Of a DNA stretch of 64,000 nucleotides, positions 1 to 14,500 are shown in pieces. The notes below the pieces were generated by a model. That model was not told the origin of the DNA, made no database searches, and saw only the letters and a program-made list of their open reading frames with translations. The DNA is from Epiperipatus broadwayi (lineage: Eukaryota > Animalia > Onychophora), in the NCBI GenBank assembly GCA_028023455.1, contig JAQFVV010000011.1, positions 4,464,001-4,528,000 of the forward strand, in the 5' to 3' direction. Each line of letters begins with the position of its first letter. The first letter of the stretch is position 1. A program made the translations under genes and the position numbers.

Positions 1-2005
1 AAAAGTAGATACAGAGAATCGTCAATTTCAAGACAGTTGGAAAGAAAAGTATTATTTTATTCTGAATAAAGATTTGCCTATATGTTTGCTGTCCAATGAA
101 TCTGTATCAGTCAACAAAGAATACAACTTGAAGAGACACTTTACTTCAAAACATGCAAATCATCAAAAAATTGATGGACAACTACGAAAAGATGAAATAG
201 AGAAATTGAAGAACTTGGATACCCAGCAGCAAATGTTCACCAAGCAAAGAATGCAGCATGGAAGCATTGTGAAAGCCAGCTTTGTGTTAAGTGAAAAAAT
301 TGCTAGGTATTCTAAATCATTTGGTGAAGGAGAATTTATCGAAGAATGTCTGTTGGATGTTGCAAGTATAATATGTCCTGAAAAGAAAAAAGATTTTGAA
401 AATATTAGTTTGTCAAGAAGAACTGTTGTCTGGCTGATAGAAATTATAGCTGATGATATCCAAAAAAGTTTAAAGGAGAAGATTGCTAGATTGAAAGCAT
501 TTTCAATTGCTTTGGATGACGGCCCTGATGCCTCTGATACAGCACAACTAGCAATATTTATTTGGGGAGTTGATGTGGATTTTAATATCACAGAAGAATT
601 GTTCGCACTTCAGCCACTAAAAGGAACAACTACTGGTGAAAATATATTTGAAGAAGTCAAAACAGACTTCAAGATATTTGGACTTAAATGGAGCTCACTA
701 TCTAGAATATGCAGTGATGGAGCTCCTGCAATGATTGGTGCATGGAAGGGGTTTATTGGAATAGTTCATGAAAAAGCAATAAAACTAGAGATCCATCTGG
801 AAAATTTAAAAAATTTTCATTGCATTATCCACCAACAAAATCTATGTGCAAAATCAATTAAATTTACAAATGTTATGGAAGTTGTAGTATTCAATATTAA
901 CTGTATTGTCACATGCATTTAATCTCTGCCAATTTAAGATATATTTGGCAGGTTTATTTTCAGATTATGAAAATGTGTCTTATTATTGTGAAATGAGGTG
1001 GCTGAGTAAAGGTAAAATGTTAAAATGGTTTTATGATCTGAGACAAGACATAGCAGATTTTATGGACTTAAAAGGAAAAACAATTAACCAAGTAAGAGAT
1101 GATGAGTGGGCTTGTGATTTGGCATTTCTTGTAAATGTCACTGGATATCTAATGAACTTAATCTTAAATTGCAAAAACCAGGACAATTGATTCATGTACT
1201 ATGTGGACATGTCAATGCTTTTTCTAATAAACTAAAATTGTTTGTTAAAGTCAGATAAGAGCTAAAAATTGTTACCATTTTCCTACTCTAGCAACTCATA
1301 AAAATATCCCTTATAATTGTTATGGAGATGAAGTGAAGGCATTAATAGAGTAATTTGATACAAGGTTTCCTGACTTCCAAAATAAAGGCTCCATATTCAC
1401 TATATTTTCTTGTCAGAAGGATGCTGATATAAATAACGTGCCAGAAAATTTGCAGATGGATCTTATTGAGATTCAAGCAGATTTAGTGCTAAAATCACAG
1501 TTTAACATCATTCCTTTGACAGATTTTTATAAACATTTGATGGAAGAAAAATATAGAAATTTAAATGCTTTTTCAAGAAGAATTATTTGTCTTTTTGGCA
1601 GCACATATATGTGTGAACAGTTTTTTTTCTAGAATGAAATTGAATAAATCAAAAATTCGGACAAGAATAATGGACGAAAACCTTGAAAATTTTATGTGAT
1701 TATCCTTAAGCATTATTCCCATCAATACTGATAGTCTCATTGTTGAAGTACAAGACCAATCCTCGCATTAAATTGTTATGTCATTATTATGAAATTTATG
1801 TAATCCTTTACCATTCACTATTACTTTGTAATCTTTAATTATTTGGTCTGGCCCTTGACTCGAAGACAGACATTTAACCTAAATAAAAGGTATTTAACCA
1901 TAATGAGAATTAGATATTAGTGGGGGGGGGGGCATCATTATTAACTAATTTTGTACTATTTAATAGAAAAAAATGTTCATGGTAGAGAAAAGTTTGGGTA
2001 CTCTG
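1..2005 (+). mobile_element. Degenerate hAT DNA transposon (SPIN/Buster, GTF2IRD2/EPM2AIP1-like transposase); 5' end outside window; in a POLD3 intron
   Basis: Broken frames 74-922, 906-1190 and 1438-1632 give YNLKRHFTSKH, FSIALDDGPDASDTAQLAIFI, ICSDGAPAM, FHCIIHQQNLCA, RWLSKGKML and LFGSTYMCEQFF, typical of hAT transposases. A hAT-type right end AAAAGTTTGGGTACTCTG finishes at 2005. Confidence 0.92.
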
Positions 2006-2534
2006 GATAAAATTATAATATCCTATAAGTTACATGTAAACTCCCAAGTATATAAATTATACTTGTATTTAAAAGATTATGGTACTGAAAACTAAAATTC
2101 TTGCAAAGTTAGTAAGATAAGATATTCACAACTGCTCTAAATTTAAATGTATATATTTATAGTTATTTTCTTTAAAAAAAAATCTATTTATGTAATTATG
2201 TATTATTAATATTACAGTAAATTTCCCTTTTGCAACATTAGAATTTAATTATAACTATAAAATTGAGTAATAATAAAATATATTGAGTTGTAGTATTTTG
2301 AATCATGTCTTTGAACTTGGATAATAAATCTTAAATAATTTTGGAAATTTTTTGTAGGTATTTATCATATATATGTATTTATTTTGATATGAAATTGGCT
2401 GTTATAATACAGCTAATGAATCTTAGTTTTATATTTAATTGATTAGAAGACAACTTATTATTTCATATCTTATATTTGTAGGTTTGATAGCTAGTTATTA
2501 TATAATTATTGATTATACTCACACATTATTTTAG

Positions 2535-2599
2535 AATTCTAATGCACTGTATATAGCAGACTTTGATAAACAGAAGGAAACAAATGATCATATTAATAA
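2535..2599 (+). CDS. POLD3: POLD3 internal exon (NSNALYIADFDKQKETNDHIN, phase 2 out)
   Basis: ttttag acceptor and gtaagt donor. Resembles the human p66 region LFNTDYD. Confidence 0.85.
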
Positions 2600-5500
2600 G
2601 TAAGTTTTCATATTTTTATTTAATGATATTTATAGTACTATTATCTTATTTAGTGAATTATTTTTTTTTGTTATAAAGGGCTTTTTATATATATATATTT
2701 TAATGATAATTATTTAAGAGTATTTGATCTTCAGATATCATTATCATCTGCCTAATCCATCATTTTGAAGATGGACAACACTGAATGAATGGTTTCCACA
2801 CATTTTTTTCTCCATTTTCTTGCATAGTTCTTAGAATGTTAGCCACATTCATTTTGTGATGTTACTTATCCATGAAAGTCTTGATCATTCTCTTCTTGAC
2901 CATTAACAATTCTAATCACAATTCTTTTTTTCTTTGTATTTCTGCCTATCTCACCACATATCCCAAATATCATCTCCAAGTTGTCTTTGTACATCTGTCT
3001 TTCCCCAAAATCCATTCATTAGTTCTCTTAGCTATCCAAGGCGCACCAAAAATCCTTAGATAATATTTCATTTCAAAAGCATCATTTTAAAAGATATGTA
3101 TATATGTTTTTTTAATTATATATGTATTCTAATAATTACTGCTCTATGCAGTTATTTTACATAAACAGTATAGCTTTATCTTGCTATATACATATTCTTG
3201 TTTCCAATTTTCATTATAAGAATCACATTAAAATACAATCTTTTTAAATAAATACTAGTTGTTTTTCAGATTCAGTTATATAAATATTCTGTAAATTATA
3301 TAAAATTAATAAAATGAACAATAATTCTTTCTTTAATTAAAAAATAAATTTGCAGAAAATAATGCAGTAAACAATGTATGAAGCAAGTGACATTTTTATT
3401 AATGAGATCATATTCTTTTAATAGCATTTATTCGCTTCTAGAGAAAAGATTAGATTTATTTCAGGTAAGCAATAACTAACTGAGCAATGGTTTCAACCAA
3501 GAATGTCATATTTATATCACTCAAATTTGTCAACTGAGATTAATTAAGAGAAAAGCACAAAATTTGATAACTGATAGTTAATATGTAAATTTGTTGATTT
3601 ACATATTCCACTTTTGGGATGAAATGATACATGAATCACTATGAGCCTGTTAGTAGAGCAATCTTTTATGGGGAATTGCCTACTAACATCTCCATCAAAC
3701 TAGCGCAACATAAGTATATTTATAACTACACAAAGATAGATCTCAATATGAAGTCTGTGTTTCTGGAACGTGAAATGTAATCTGACCATAGCTTAGATCC
3801 ACATAATAATAAAGTAGTGTTGCAGAACCATGATCAGAAAAGAAACTTTAAAGAGACATGGTTCATTGCTAACAATGCCTGCACAATAAAAAAAGAGTCA
3901 TATATTGCTTTATCCTGAAATTGGAATATGTAAATCAACAAATTTACATATTACCTATCAGTTGTCAAATTTTATGCTTTTTTCTTAATTAAGCCAACAA
4001 GTTTAAGTGTTACAATTATAACCTAGGTTGAAAACATTACTCAGCTAGTTATTGCTTAATTGAAATCTAATCTTTTCTCTAGAAGCGAATGAACGTTATT
4101 AGTAGAATTACATAGTAAAAGAAGTTAATGTTCATAGATTAATGAAATCGTAGATTTTTTTTTTTGTACAAAAATTTTTTTGCTAAATATAAATTACAGC
4201 TTTCACATTTGATATGATTTTATTTTTGTAAAAAATGCAATTTGAAAATTGAAACGATTTTCTAAATGTTAAACAATAGACATAAAAATAAGAAATGTAA
4301 ATACTTTTTATTAGAATTAGATAATTGCGCTAAGTTTTAATTCACTTAATTTGTTGATCATTTAAAGATACTTTTTGACAATCAAATATTTTTTAGTCTT
4401 CTGTCTTTGGTAAAATATAAAAAAATATTGATATATAATGGATTTAAATATTATTTATTATTTTTAAAACAATATAATTGTTTCATTTTATGACAAGAAT
4501 AATTTAATGAATATCAAACATATAGTCTTGAAAGAAGAAGAATGAATTAAAATACCTATTTTTAAGTCATATAAGTCTATCTTCCATATAAAACTCTATT
4601 CCAAGTGAGTCATTTACTTAGTTTTTTTTTTAAAAAAAAATCTCAAATTAATGATCTGGTAAAATGTAATCCTTCTATCTCATTGGACATTTCTTTATTT
4701 CATTTATCTTCAATAATTAAGTTTGACTTAAGGTGGAAATCATTTCACAATCATTTCTATGATCTTATTACACGTATATAATAGATTGGCCAGAACAACG
4801 TATATCCAAAAGAAACATCATTCGATAGAATGCAAAGATTTTAGAATATGTTTTTCTTCAAAAATAGTTTTTTAAATCGTCAATAAGATTTGATCAGTAT
4901 GTCAAAAATATGTCAACAACTTTCAATTTCAAAAAAATATGTCTAGTAGAAATGATGTAGAATCACTATCCTTGCTAGAAAAAAGAATGCTATTTTTAAA
5001 TTAGTCTTTGCATATTTGTTTTATTATGAGACAGTCTTTGACACGGTGACTTGGTTGCTAGTCCATGTATTATCAGAATGGAAAAATAAGTTCAAGTAGT
5101 GATTGTTATTGATATTGGGATTGTTTATGTGTTTGACTGATTTTAATGATTAATTATTTTTGTACATGGAGTAATAAAAAATAATTTATTTGATTTTTTT
5201 GTATGATAAATTTAAGAAATTGATTTTTTTTTATTGTCCATGCTTTTTTTTTTTACATTGTTAAAGGATAATAATTTGGACTGAGCATTAATTAAAACAG
5301 TTTTTTTAATGATTCTAAAGCCATTTATTGTAAACTTGAATGATCAATGAACAATAGGTAATATGAAGCTATAATAGTTCATCCATTGAGAATTCAAACT
5401 TATATTAGTTGGTTGCATTATTCTTGGAAGCATAAAAATCATTGTTGTAAGTTATTTCAGTTAATTTCATTAGAGAATGTAGATTTTTAAAGATATTTTT

Positions 5501-8500
5501 ATATATTTTTGGGCATATATTAATGCTTGCTATTGTCACATTTAAAGTGAGCAGGCGGAAAAAAGCAATAACATTTATTTAAAATTAAAATCTGTTTAAC
5601 TATTAAACTTATTGGAAGTTTCATCAATTATGAAAGTCTGTTTTTGATCTTGACAACTGATTTATATTGCATTGAACAATTTTTATAATTCCCATTATAA
5701 TGTAAATCATAATATGGCATCGTGTTTGTTGAAGTTGTTAAAGCCGTTAATCCAAAAAAATATATAATATTGGCTAATTAATTATGTTTCACATAAAATG
5801 ATACTTAAGTTGTTAGGTTTTTTGCCCAAATCATCTAATTGTTGTTAATATGAAGAAAAATAGAATGATTATATAATGTAGACAGATTGATGAATAAATG
5901 TATATCCTTTCTCCGACTATTTTTTTGGAAATATATGTGTGTTTAAATTTTCGCACATGCAATAGATTATTGGTCATTTTTGCATTTAGTTGTATGTCTG
6001 AATAATCAGTGTAAATGAACTATATTAATACAGGGTTCATATAATGACATATTTCATTTTTATATTTGAATTTATGGACTATTTCCATATCTAGTTCAAT
6101 TGTTAAATGGGGTTTTTAGAAAAATTCTAACTTAATTTCTCTATTTCCAAATACACTTTAATGTTAGAAATAATGTATAGGAGTACTACAGTGTTATTAA
6201 TTTGTGCATTATTATTAACAGTTTAATTTTTAAAAACATATTTAACAATTCAATTAGATGATAAAAATAGCCTAACATGTAATTATAAATAAAATACTAT
6301 TTTCACAAACTTTTAGACAAATATTTGTATATATATAGTTTTACTTTTTATATTTTTTTTCCTCCAAAGATATAGTGCTATTTCTTGTCCTGATGCTGTA
6401 TTGAGATCTGAAAGTGAAATTAATCAGAAAGATGAATCTTTACATCTGCATTCATTAGTGACTAATGTCAAGGTAATGATTAAAATTTTGTATCTTTGAA
6501 TTCTAAATCATCAAGTTTTATGTTGTTGTTTTTTTTTGTTATAATTTTTTAAAACCTAATACTTTAGTTTTTTATTTTTATTTTGTATTTAATTGTATGT
6601 AGTACAACTTATTTAATATAAATTATATGTTACTGTAAATCATTTGAAAATGTAAAATGATTCTGCTATTTGGAGTTTAAATTTAAAATAAAATTACTTT
6701 GGATTTTAGTCATAAAACTTGTTATTTAAGAAAAAAAATTTGCATTCAAATATTAAAATGCATAAAATTGTAGAAAATATTTTTTTTGGTTTTATGTATT
6801 TAAGATTACTTTCATTTTTATTAATTATTTTTGCTAAATGACTAAATTCACCTTTGCTTTTTTTAAAAATATATATATAAATTATTTTTAGTTTAACTTT
6901 TTCACAAAATAAAAGAATTATATATATCCAAAATGAAATTTACAACTAGGCAATAGAATATTACAATTTTACATTGTTAGTGATAGTTTGTCATGACTTA
7001 TCACCTCTTACGTAATTTATTTTAATATCTTAATTTTAGAGCATCATCATAAATTTTAAAGAGCCTTAAAATATTACGACTTATTAAAATGCATTATGAG
7101 CCAATAAAATAATATTTTATTTGTTGTCAAAGTTATTAAGATAATTTTATACAAAGTATATAAAATATAAATATATTCAAACGAATGTTTTCACAGATTA
7201 CAGATATAAAAAAAAAATATTTCGCAGGTTCATCCATAAGATTTTAATTAGATATACCAACATTTCGACTTGATCACACAAGCCCTCAGCTGGGAAATTA
7301 ATATTATATAATTGTAGAGGCACTGTAAACATCTGTGTTTTTTTTTACTTGTGGAACTTTAACAATTATTGCAAACACTGTTTACAGTGCCTTTACAATT
7401 TTCATTATAGACACTGTTTACAGTGCCTCTACAATTATATAGTATTCAATTTTCCAGTTGAGGGCTTGTGTGATTAAGTCAAAATATTGGAATATCTAAT
7501 TAAAATCTTACATGGTTGAACCTGAAAAATATATCTTTAATATAAATATATGTTTATAGATATTTACTTAAATAAGTTTTATTGATAATTTCTACTATCT
7601 TAGCTTATTTCTCATTAAATGCTGAAATTCTATGGATTATTGGAGATTAAAACTACTGCTAATTAAAACATTTATCTTTATAGCACTTTTGTTTCGACAT
7701 CATCAGTATTACAAGAAGATGTGTTTTAACCTTATAGATTGTTTTAAATAACAACATTATTGGAATAAAATCTCATATTATTTAATAAATACATCCTATT
7801 TTTTTAAAGATTTTTTTGAAAATTATTTAATCTTTTAATCAATATAAGTTTCTCATTTTTATTTTAAAACAATTTAAAAATTTTTATAACTTTTTATTTT
7901 ATTCTACAATGATTTATTACTATTATTTTTAAGGAGGATTTATTTACTGCTGGTATAAACGTTATTTAGCATTATTGAAATATTTTAAAGTCAGGAGTTT
8001 TTTTCTTTGATGCTTTGTTCAACAATAAAATAATTTATATTTCACATATTAAATGTCTATTGGGTTTATTATCTTATTCATTTTACTTATTTTACAAAAC
8101 ACTCATATTTTTGATAAAAATTTCAATTTAAGATTAGCGGCAACAGTAGCTTGCTCCTAAACATATACATATTTCTTAATATTATATAGTTAATAAAAGC
8201 ATGTTTTTTATAATAAGTCTTACTTGTATAATGAAATAAGTCAAACTTTTGGGAATTTGAATTAATATCTTAAATAGGTAATACAATTGATATTATATCA
8301 CATCACTTTTATCATTTGTTTCTGATAACAGTTCTAATTAAAAATTATCTAATAATGAGCTTCCAGTTCGACTGAACAAGTCACATAATAAATAATTGCA
8401 GCAAAAATAAATATATTGATTGTGGCATAACTTAGACAGTCATGCTTTAATGAATCTTAAAAGCTTAAGAAACAAAGATTTAAATCAGCAACAGAGTTTT

Positions 8501-11500
8501 TTTAGCCTTAATAAGAATCTAATTTGCATTATTTGTAGAACATTATGAAGTATCAATGGGTAACATGTAATAATGAAGCATTGTAAAATATAGAAACAAA
8601 AAAGAAAACAAATGATGTGTCACAAATAAAATAAATAGAAATGCAAATACAGAGATAATCTTATCATGGAAAATTTTTTTTTTTTTAAGTTATAAAATCC
8701 TATGTTGATGATCTAACCAATTATACAGCTTTATATACATGTATGCATAAAACTTCAAGGGAAATAAAATGGCATATAATCTAATGAAACTTAATGACTG
8801 AATTATGCTAATTAAATTTTATGGACTTTTTTTATGTAGTTCCAATTACTATACAATTAGAGAAAAAGTCAGATGCAAAACAAATTTTTATTATAAAAAA
8901 GACTGATGTGAATAGTTTGTTTTTGATCAAAATATTTCTTTAGATTGTGTTATTTTGTTACAAAGTTTTTTAATTTAGTGATAATTAAAGTGGGGGACAA
9001 TTATGTATATTTCTTTGAAATAAAAATAATTTTTTAATAATATATGCAATTTACATGTGTACCTCCCTCTTCTATTTTCCAGAAACCTAGCCCTGTTAAA
9101 AACAGAATCACATCAAATGCAAAATCTGGAATAAAAGATTTATTTGCTGCACAAGAAAATAAAAACAAAGATGTAAATAAAAAAGAGGAAAAGATTATTT
9201 CTAAAAAAAAAGAAGAAAAAATTGTTTCTAAAAAAAATATCTTTGAGGTGAGTTAAATTGATTTTGAAATTTCAACTTTTTTTTATTTTTTAAGCATGAA
9301 TCATTTTTAAAACACACACTTTTATTTACCTATTGTTTTAAATGTCTTCTTATTTCAACATTTAGATATTTTTGATATATTAACTACATTCATGTGATTC
9401 AAATATTTTAAACCAGTGCATTATTTGTCAATGTGCTCTAAATTTTGTATCATTATCCTAAGTATGATATATTAAGCTTACTTTATTCTTTCTAAGAAAA
9501 ATGTCTTCAAAAACTATATAGAGATCTAGCTAGAAGTTAACAGAAATATGTAAGATATTACATTTTGATTGAAAAATAAACAATTGTTTATAAAGTAATT
9601 CATTGATTTTACAAAAGAAACATAAATAAGCTTATTTGAAACTGGCTACATTTGATTGCATTATTCAAGCCACTAAACAAGAAAATTTGCCTTTAAAAAA
9701 AAAAAAAAAAAATGCATATTTTGATGCTAATTTAGAAAATTGGATGAAAATAATGCAGTTGAATAAAACTTTTTTAAGCTTTAATTACCATTGAGATAGA
9801 AAATGGTAGAGTTAAAATTAGTATATTATAACATATTTTTAATCACATGTATTAAATAAATATAGCATTAGAATTAAACTTGTATATTTAAGGTAATTAA
9901 AAGGAATTGGCTGCAATATTTGTGTTATGTGTGTTGCAATTAGAAATAATTCATGCATAAGTTTTGTTTTGTTGGTTGAAATATTTGTTCACAAAGTGTA
10001 GATTTATTTTATGAAAAATGCTTAGTTGTAACTAATTTAAAATTGCTATTTATTTTACTAGAATTCATGTTATACAAGTAAGAACAAACACAATCATATT
10101 AACCAAGAAAAAAATAAAGGTATTTCCATTTAAATTTTAATAAACATTATTATTTTATAATTTTATCTCTGATTTGTATATAGTCAAAAATGAATAATTA
10201 TACATATATTAAGATGAAACAATAATTGGCTACAAATTAATGACACTTTAAAAAAAATAGTGAAGACATACACCATTAGTCATCTGTTGAATGATGAAGT
10301 CCTTTAGTTAAGAAAACTGAGATCCAATTATTGACCAATAGTTTGATGACTATATGAATTAACTAAGAGCATCCTAAGTCTATTTAAAAATCTTAAGCTA
10401 TCTTAAAAAAATACTGCAAGTTCTATTAGATTGAACCTCCATGTTACGGTCATGATAGTTGAATACTCTACCCATGAGTCATATATGTGTGTACACAGAA
10501 TTTATCTAAAGAAACTAATTTGTAAGCACTACTATACTTAGGTCATTAAAATTAATACTTTTTTGTATCCAAATTAAATAAAAGTTTATAGTGACTAATG
10601 TCCAATTCATCTTGAAATAATTTGTCATTAGATGTGTAAAGCTTCATTATGTGATATTCAACTGGAGAAAGTAATCAGTTGTATGTTTTATCATGCTAGA
10701 AACTAAATTACTTTTTTTGCATGATTATTGTCTTAAATGTTGCTATATTTATTGGGTGCTTAGATTAAGGACATGATTCGTTATGCATTGGCATGTAACT
10801 AATATTAAACCGTAACATTTAAACAGTATATATTTCATAAGAATGTGTGATATTAATAAATTGTATCAGAGAGATTACCGTGAACTCCGAAGTCAATGTT
10901 TTTATGTAGTTATGGAAATAATCTATATTGTAACTACAAATAAATAAAAAATCATATTTTATTTGCAGTTTTTTAAATTTTTTTTATACTTAGTACGTAA
11001 TATTAAAAAATACATTTTGATTACCTATAGTTTTCATTGCAACTTTTTTTTTTTAGTTATAACCTTTATATTTATTTGTTTAAGAAGTTTTAGAGTGTAA
11101 TAAATAAATTTAAAAAATTATGTATTTTATTACATAAATATAATAAAAGTAAATTTGCAGTGTTTTAAATCTTTTTTTTTTTTTTTGCATTTGGATACAA
11201 TTAAGTGCTTAAATATTAATAATATTAATGGATTGTTTTTAGATACTTCATAAAATTCATAGTGTGAATTATTTTTTTTGAATTTTAAATAATAGCAATG
11301 TAAATGTATATCTGTAATGTGGTATTTTATCTATTTTTTATTGATTGTTTTTTAGTTGTCGTTAATTATCGATATAGATAACTAACAACATTTAAAAAAA
11401 CTTACACAGCTATAATAATCAGCTAAAGTGACTTGGTTTATAAGCATTAAACAATCTTCTACAAACTTTATTAAAATAATATAATTTTTTTATCTATATC

Positions 11501-14500
11501 TTTAAATTTATTGTGCTTTTTATTTACTGTTGATCTTTACAATTTTGGCTATAGCAATCTTCAGAATTATAATTAACAAATATATATTAATAATATATCC
11601 ACATATACATATAAATTTATATTAATGTTCTATTCATATATATTTTGAGGTAATGCATACAAATGATATGTGGACTAGAAAAGGGATTAAACAGGGGGAA
11701 AATAATATGATTGTTATTTTGAAATTAAATAAATAATTAATTAATTAAAAGTTGAGAAATTTGGTGTGAGAGAGGTTAGAAATAAATAAATTAATAAGAT
11801 GATAAATATTGTTAGGCAAATTGTTATATAAGATTATCAAAAATGAAACATCTTTTTTACTTGATAAATTAATTAATAAACTATGATTAAAGAGATTAAA
11901 TTGCTTTATAGATTATTGATCATCTATATTGTTTATAATATCAGTTTGTTTTTATTAAACTGCTTTATAGATTATTGATAATCTATATTGTTTATAATAT
12001 CAGTTTGTTTTTATTTATTTGTTATAGCAAAAGATAATTAAATGTGAAATTAGATGAGATATGTTGGATTGTTTCTATCATCTATGAATGAATGTTGAAT
12101 GTATAGAAAATTTTAAACTTTGCAAATACAAACAACTTGTTAGTAATAACACACAAATAAACAACACAGATTAATAATTACACGTTTTGACTAATATTAT
12201 TCTCCTCTCTTCTTCAGGTGATGCTCGCCTGATATGCACAGTGACAGTATTCGCATAGAAGTCTAACTCACACCTTTAGATTCTTGAATATCGAATTTAA
12301 AGCAAACGCTTTAACCAACCGAGCTATTCTATCAAAGGCAACAGATAATAGCAATTTGATATATTTTTATATGAGGATTGGTTCAAATTCTCCTAAGTTC
12401 TTCAATTTTTTTTTTTTGAAGAATAAGATTGATTAGTTTTTTTTTTTTTTTTAATATTAATTTTTTCTGAGAGCAAGATTAGGTACTCATCTTTTAGCTA
12501 AAGATGCCACTCTATGGCGCGGTTTTCGTGCCAAAACACATAATAATACTGTTTCCGCGGCCGACACATTCGAACCCGCGTTTTCTATAATACAACTTTT
12601 TTGTTGTGCTACAGAATGCAAGCCGCTATGTTGCGTCGCAGTACAGCATGTATGTCGCATAGTAGCAAATACATTTTCCGAATTTGCACAATTTATAAAA
12701 TAATTACGTCTTGATGAGAGAGTTTGTATTTGAATTGTATTGAAATGTTGTTTTCATTGGATTTTTTTTTATTTTAAACTATTGAAATGTTCAGATTTTT
12801 TAAAACAATAATTATAAGACTTTTTACAACGTACTGTATTGAACTTTTATTTGGGAAAATGTTAAATATCTATGTTTTTATTGAGTTGCAATTAGGTAAC
12901 GTGTCAAGTAACGTACTGTTAGTAACATTCCACGAGCTTCTACCGTCTGTATATTTTTGAAGTAAAAAAGAGCGGTACGAAAAAGATATCCAGTAAGAAA
13001 AGTCCAAATATACAGTTTTTTTTTTTGTAAATTTAATAAAAAGCAAATATTATAAACATGTTTAATAAGTAAAGAAGACATTTGTATGTGTTTGTTGTTG
13101 TTTAAAAAAGTTTGAGTTTCTTTCTTCTGTCCGAGTACGGTTACGATTTTGAATTTTTTTATTTTAGCATTACAAAAAAACAGAACACTAACCCTAAATC
13201 TAACCGTAACAACTTTTACTTTTATTACGATTATTGTTTTTTAGTTAAACAACAACAAAAAAAGTTGTAACACAAGTAAAAAAATATCCGATAGAAAATT
13301 GATAAAAAAAAAAGCCGTAACACAAATAAAAAAATATACGATAGAAAATTGATAGAAAAAAAAAGCCGTAACACAATTTAAAAAGTATACCATAAATCAA
13401 ATTGTAATTTGTTGATTTTATTTTACATTTATTATTATCATTTAAATTGTATACGTTAATAAAAAATAATATTTAAAAAAGACGATTTTGTTTTGTTTTT
13501 ATTTTCGCATTACAAAAAAGCACAGAAAAATTATTAAAATCAACAGCCCGTGAATGTTCATATTTTATAGTTTTAGCGTGAAAACCGCGCCATCCAACGG
13601 CATCTTTAGCTATAAGACAAGCACCCAAGATTAATTAGAGACTTCCATACAATGTGTATTGTCACACTGGGTTAACTTAAAGTATTATTTACCATTGTCA
13701 TATGAGCAATTTGATGTATAAATATATCAGATTGCTATTATCTGTTGCCTTTGACAGAATAGCTCAGTTGGTTAGTGCATTTGTCTTAAATTCGATATTC
13801 AAGAATCTAAAGATGCGAGTTTGACTTCTGTGTGAATACTGTCCCTATGCATATCAGGCCAACAACACACCTGAAGAAGAATGGAGAATAATACTATTCG
13901 AAACATTGTGCAATTACTAACCTGTGTTGTTTATTTGTATGTTATTACTAATAAGTTGTTTGTATTTGGAAAGTTTAAATAAAGTTCACAATTTTCTATA
14001 CATTCAACATTCACTCATAAATGATGGGAATAGTCCAACAATATCACATTAATAATATACCATCATCACAAACCTTCAGGCAAATCTGAAACTATTTGTA
14101 AAATGGTAAAGTTTATTTAATATTCTGTTTAATTAATTTTTAATAAATATCAATAATGCTACTGAGAGATTAAATAGATAGCATTCTATTTCCATGCTAA
14201 TAGAAATAGACATATATTATTATATCATTAAAAACCATGAAGAAGTATACATCTTTCCATCATTTTAATCTAACTATTTGCGTAATTTGGATTAAAGTCT
14301 AAAATTTCTGAAGATTGGATCTATGCTATTAAAAATATGTATGATTAAATTATATCCGCTGACAGTAAAAATTGTTTTTGCTTTGAAATAAAGGTAGTTC
14401 TGTCAAAAAAATTTGTTTATATTAAAATAAAATTTTTTATGAATAATGTAAGTATAGAGTTTAAATTTTATGAATTTTAACATCATTTAGTCGTTTTGGT

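Noticed and set aside
163-591. 142-aa minus-strand ORF, and similar minus ORFs at 21774-22127, 22265-22570, 23855-24163, 24028-24345 and plus ORFs within 33484-36630
   Set aside because: Antisense shadows of the hAT, RTE and Merlin coding sequences, with no independent motifs.
13753-13845. Functional tRNA gene
   Set aside because: The T-arm and anticodon stem are degenerate, the two copies disagree at the anticodon, and both sit in a repeat with a hammerhead-like tail. Treated as tRNA-derived.
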